Of a stretch of DNA of 64,000 nucleotides, positions 62,149 through 64,000 are shown in pieces. The translations under genes were made by a program, and so were the position numbers. Each line of letters opens with the position of its first letter. Position 1 is the first letter of the stretch. Source of the stretch: Narcine bancroftii (lineage: Eukaryota); NCBI RefSeq assembly GCF_036971445.1, contig NC_091475.1, positions 2,294,001 to 2,358,000 on the forward strand. The letters are read 5' to 3'. Under the pieces are notes generated by a model, which was not told where the DNA came from, ran no database searches, and saw only the letters and a program-made list of their open reading frames with translations.

Positions 62149-62706
62149 CAGGGGTGCAGTGCAGGTGGAGCTCCAGTACCTTTGTAAAAAAGAACCAAAA
62201 TAAACAAGTGGGGAATTTTAACTAGTGGGGAATTTAACTGTGGCCGCACATTAAATACAGGCAGGGTTGGTGTCATAGGGCGCCCCTCCCCGTTGAGCGC
62301 TGGACACCTAAGGAATCTGTTTCTTCCACGACCGGATCACTCATCCTCCTTCCTCGTCCTACCATTCGCTCTCAATTATACAAAGCCTAATACAACATGG
62401 CAACCACCAAGGCCAGGTCTCGCAAGACGTCCTTGTTGCCGTTTATTTTGATACATTGGCCACCCCTAATGCCATAGGCGCTATTTTGCATAGATACACC
62501 AGTTTCCCTCTCTCCCCACCTCCAGTTACCCTAATGCCCCTCTATTAGATTTGTTCTGACTACAGGGGATTTTACAGAAGTGGGTGTTGGGGTGGGGAAT
62601 GGGGAGGGCGTGGTGGCTGGCAGGTGAAAACTACCACTAATAACATTAGGATATTTGATCGTTTTTGGTAAGTTCTGACACCTCAAAAATTAGCTTTGCA
62701 CCCCTG
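62149..62706. mobile_element. Non-autonomous DNA transposon, 558 bp
   Basis: Perfect 10-bp TIR CAGGGGTGCA / TGCACCCCTG; flanks CCAAGT (62143-62148) and CCAAGC (62707-62712). Confidence 0.55.
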
Positions 62707-62899
62707 CCAAGCTGCCTTTAATTTTAATAAGGATTGTGCAATTTTGGATTAAAAAGCAAAAAGGAGGTCCTTTATATCAATTATTTTTGATTTATTTACT
62801 TATGAACTACTATGACACAAGAAGTGCTACACTTGCACCCACACCTCCTCACTCACCACCATTTGGCCCTGAGTCTGTGCCAGGTCCCAGCAGAGAATT

Positions 62900-63125
62900 C
62901 CTATCACCCAAATTCCCCCTCGTTTTCCTGCAGTCCTGCAACATATTCTCTTACATGCCCTTTGATGAAGGGCTCAAGCCTGAAACTTTGTAGGATGAAG
63001 GCTTCAACCCCTTGGTTATCTATCTATCTCTGCTAAATAAAATACACTGTTCGACCTGCTGAGTTTCTCCAGCACTGTGTTTTTAATTCAACCACAGTGT
63101 ATGCGGACCTTCATGTTTTACGACT
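62900..63125 (+). mobile_element. Penelope-like tail with hammerhead-type motif
   Basis: TTGATGAAGGGCTCAAGCCTGAAAC at 62962-62986, then GACCTGCTGAGTTTCTCCAGCA. Confidence 0.6.
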
Positions 63126-64000
63126 CTCCTTTGATTCTATTATTGCTACTACTTACATGAAGCAGCCATTCTATAGTGACCAATTAGTCAACGGTCTTGT
63201 CTTTGAGATGTGAGAGGAAACCTAAGCATTCTGCAGTGTCACGGGGAGAAAATACAACTCTATGCAGACAGCACTCAAAGTCAGAATTGGATTCAGATCC
63301 TTAAACAACTTACCTGCTGCTCTAATGTGTCACTCTAATGTTTAGTTCCATGTTTTTAATTTTTTTAATGTACTTTTAAGTGTTTTAGTTAACTTTATTT
63401 TATTTTAATACTTTTACTAATTTTAGTTGTTTTTAATGATTCATTTCAATTTTGATTTTCTGTAAAACAATTAAAAATTCCTCACAGTTTTTAACACTGC
63501 CAATGTGGAGAAAGAGCCTATTCACTGAGACCATGTTACAAGACCTGTGGATGCCACAGACCAACAAGATTTGCTCTCATCATCTGAAACAGGTAATTTA
63601 GGATAGAGGAAGACCAGGACATGTGATCATGCCAGCAAGATTTGTACTCTATACTGGTACTATTTAAAAGGGATCCACTATTAAACAGTTTGTAGTTATC
63701 TTACCAACAGCAGCAAGAAAGAGTATATTCGAGACATATTTTATTCCAACCAATTGAAAAGTATAAAGAGGGTAAGGAAGTTCAGGGTTTGTTGTATTAA
63801 TAGAGCTTCCCTACTAAGAAAATTGAACCAAAATAGGAAAAAAAAGGAATAGCAACGTCCATAACTTATTAACTCAAGCTATATCTGAGATACTAATAGT
63901 ATGTCGCCTATACAGAAGAACACAATCTTTACTTTCTTAAAATAGCTTTAATATTCAGGACATGAAATCTTCCAGCAGCTGTTACTGTCATTGAATAAGA

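Overview
Eukaryotic (vertebrate) genomic DNA. The repeat repertoire (V-SINE/HE1-like SINEs, CR1, Rex1/Babar, RTE, L1 and Penelope remnants) suggests a cartilaginous fish; this is an inference. Three intron-containing genes could be reconstructed exon by exon by hand. FBXO40 is on the minus strand (ATG micro-exon 18676-18700, 1893-nt exon 12256-14148, last exon 4203-4430, with a GC-AG last intron). TAF13 is on the plus strand (4 exons, 124 aa, CpG-island promoter at ~35.1-35.5 kb). POPDC2 is on the minus strand (3 or 4 coding exons giving two alternative C-termini). The rest is mostly decayed transposons, plus a U6 snRNA retrocopy, hAT-type MITEs and solo LTRs. I found no convincing wholly new multi-gene system. 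The best leads are a family of minimal hammerhead-ribozyme motifs in Penelope-like tails (two on the arms of an inverted-repeat insertion in POPDC2 intron 1), a conserved dual-C-terminus switch in POPDC2, a composite two-MITE element, and a possible divergent exon at the TAF13 promoter encoding a presequence-like peptide. Homology statements rely on recalled human proteins; no database search was run.
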